The position numbers and the translations under genes are program-made. A stretch of 63,440 nt of DNA, the filler included, from Kipferlia bialata (Eukaryota): the NCBI GenBank assembly GCA_003568945.1. It is 6 parts of 5 records of this genome, joined end to end, with 100 filler letters (N's around TTAATTAATTAA, not from the genome) between each part and the next. Parts side by side here need not be neighbours in the genome. Positions count along the whole stretch, not along the records: positions 57,460 to 63,440 come from BDIP01000995.1; 5 more parts are not named here. One strand, written 5' to 3'. Shown piece by piece: positions 60,761-63,440 of this stretch (positions are counted from its first letter, which is position 1; every line of letters starts with the position of its first letter). The notes beneath the pieces were generated by a model. The model was not told the origin of the DNA. It saw only the letters and a list, made by a program, of their open reading frames with translations, and ran no database searches.

Positions 60761-63006
60761 CTATTTGAGAGGCTTCTGTGCCAGCACGAACCAGTTATCC
60801 TTATCAAACACCTCGCACCCTGGGTAGTCTGAGCCAGGGGGGTCAGACTCAACGACAGGGACAGGCTCGCCACTCTCCTGGCCAAGTACCTGTATATGAG
60901 AGAAGTATATATATAGAGCAAATGAGAGACATACTAGAGTACACACAGAACACAGTAAATATGTCTAAATATGTGTGTAGTATCCACTGCCCCCAACCTT
61001 GGGGCACATGTCGAGCAGCCTCCCTTTGAGGGTTGGGGAGACAGTGAAACCAGCAGCAGATAGACAGCGGGCAAGCTCACCTATAATCAGAAACAGAAAT
61101 GTACGAAGTATGAGCAGATAATAAGAATACCAGCATTAACCCTACCTGCGTCAAAGAGGTGGTAGAACCTATCCACGGTGAGTATGCGCTGCCTGGCCCG
61201 CTGCTCCTCTTTCTCTCTCTCTCTCTTCTCCTCTGGCGTCTCTGTCTCTACTCTCCTTGGTCTCCCGTTCCACACAAAGCCCTCTCCCTCCCTCCCTGGG
61301 CCCTCCACCTTTCTCTCCCTCTTGGCTGCCGGACTAGACACCTGTGCACTGGTACAGCTAGACTCTGCACCCTCAGACTCAGTGGCACTAGGGGTATCAC
61401 TAGCCTGAGCCTTAGCCGCTGCACGTCTTGCATCTGCCCTCTCCTTGGCCAGTCTCTGTCTCTCTCTCTGCCTCTCCTTGTACCGCTGCTTCTGGAGGTG
61501 AGGGAAGTACTGGACACCACACACCTTTGTCAGTCTCAATACCCATATGTATACACAGTCGAGTGTCTTACACTCTACCTCTCCCCCACCTTCGTCTTCC
61601 CTGTGCACTGGTTGGTGGGTATGTCCATGGTGACACGGACAGGCTGGGAGAGGCGGGACTGGGGTTGGGGATATGGGTAAGAGAAAGATAAAGAGAATAC
61701 AAGTTGACATGAGCCATGCACCCCTACCCCCCTACTTAACATATGTTTCTATTAGTAAGTGTATCCCCCACCTTGACCTCTGTCTCACTCTCCACCCAGT
61801 TGTGCTGGAGTGACCACGGGGCATACACATCAAGGCCATAGGGCGACGCCTCTCTAGACACATCCTGCTCACCCTCACGCTCAGAGAGGGGGTGGAACTT
61901 CTTTCTGCACATGAGAGCTGTGCTCGTATCAACATTCCTCATCACTCAATACATACCTTATATCAACCAACTCCCTCCCCTTTCCCCTCCTTACTTGGCC
62001 TAACAGTACCACACTAGTATACAACTATTACCTCAGCTTGTCTATGTTTGCCCATACTGACACTAGTAGCATTCCACCAGGGGCCAGCACACGGTACATC
62101 TCACAGAGGGCCTCACAGTCAGACTCAGACACATACCAATGCGAGATATCCAAATTAGTTATACGCAACAGGTATACACATACCTCGACCCTTCTAGTGT
62201 GACTAGCCATGTGATGCACCACTGCTATGCTCATACAGTGGTCCACAGAGGAAGGTCTCAGGGGGAGGGAGAGGGAGTCCGCTGGGGGTGGGTGGTTGGG
62301 GGGGATTATATCAGGTGGGAAGAGATGTGGATATATCAATAGAGAGAGAGTACATATGTATATATATATATATATCCATACCTTGGGTCCATGTGGGTAC
62401 TGTGTGGCAGAAGGGAGCCTCAGCCTTGAATCCGTTATACCTCTCAGAGGCCTGGGATGAGAGAGGAAAGGGGAGAGAGGGATGTATATAAAGAGAGAGG
62501 CCCTTCACCTGTCTCAGGAGGTCATAGCACATGTCCACCCCAACGTTGAGGCCCTTGTGGACCATGTTCTTCCCATTGCCACACCCACAGTCCAGTAGGA
62601 CATGGCCTAAGAGGTTAGGGGGAGAGCGAGAGAAGGGAGTGTGTGAGTGTGAGAGAGAGATATCCATACCTTCGGGAACACTCTCGGCAAATGCCCCTAC
62701 CAGAGGCCATGGTCTACTCCTAGGTGAGGAGGGGAGATAGAGAGAGAGAGATACTATCCATATCATGTCAGGGTACCAACACAATAGGGGTGGGACTGGT
62801 GTATGTGGGAGAGAGAGAGAGCGCGGAGCCACATACCGTGTGTGGCTGAAGTTCTGTGCAATGACATTATACACCTCGTGCACATATGCCCTCTCCCTCT
62901 GTGCAGCAGAGACAGAGGCAGGGGGTGGGACCTGGGGGACTGAGTCACCCATTGACTGGTCCCCCTCCCCACTTCCAGCCCTCTCCACACTCTCTCCCTC
63001 TCCCAT
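60761..63006 (-). CDS. tRNA wobble-uridine carboxymethyltransferase (Trm9/ALKBH8 MTase-like), multi-exon
   Basis: ERAYVHEVYNVIAQNFSHTR, RPWP, LLDCGCGNGK, SIAVVHH, RVLAPGG...VWA, RFYHLF, FDKDNW. Confidence 0.9.
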
Positions 63007-63177
63007 AAGTGACCTGAAGTCTTCTGCAAGGGAATATCGAGGTACGGTGGTGTGGGATGCTCTTCGGAAGACAGTATGCCATCGATAGTGACACATCGAC
63101 CTGAAACAAAGATACACGAGGGTGCAGCAACAGTGTGCATATATATGTCACTCTCTCCTTCACCCCTGGTCTCTACG

Positions 63178-63256
63178 ATGGAGACTGACAATGTGCCCTC
63201 CAAGTGCCGGGTAGTGCTGGGTATCATGACCGGGACATCGCTGGATGGGGCAGACG
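63178..63256 (+). CDS. anmK: First exon of anhydro-N-acetylmuramic acid kinase / levoglucosan kinase family protein
   Basis: METDNVPSKCRVVLGIMTGTSLDGAD matches the AnmK N-terminal phosphate motif (G.MSGTSLDG.D); GTGAGG donor at 63257. Confidence 0.7.
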
Positions 63257-63388
63257 GTGAGGCACAGACTCTCTATCTATAGTTGACCCCCAGAGACTTC
63301 GGAGTCACTCTCTATCCATACCTCTCTTTCCACCGCCCTTGGATAGCCTGCGAGCTTAGGGCTAGCACTAACTAGTATTTCTGGTCCC

Positions 63389-63440
<52 letters not shown>

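Overview
Eukaryotic protist genomic DNA with short GT-AG introns, (TA)n/(GA)n microsatellites and expanded Kelch-like genes. The style resembles the fornicate Kipferlia, which is an inference. The window is several contigs joined by artificial N-TTAATTAATTAA-N linkers. The main feature is contig 13393-26677, an intron-less, gene-dense Polinton-like virus (PLV)/virophage-like element. It encodes a tyrosine recombinase, an A32-like packaging ATPase, major and minor jelly-roll capsid candidates, two adenain-like cysteine proteases, an RFX-like winged-helix protein, several ORFans and an intact-looking bacterial-type alanine racemase. Its genes share a bipartite promoter (AATTRWAT-N11-14-TATATA) and T6 3' signals reminiscent of cytoplasmic NCLDV transcription. 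The element is truncated on the right and appears to abut a spliced host gene on the left. Host contigs carry a TPR-MYND-SET gene, Kelch-like paralogs, a DEAH helicase 3' end, a Sec7/BIG-like fragment, TM9SF, a Trm9-like methyltransferase and the first exon of an AnmK-like kinase. All protein calls come from motifs read by eye; no searches were run.
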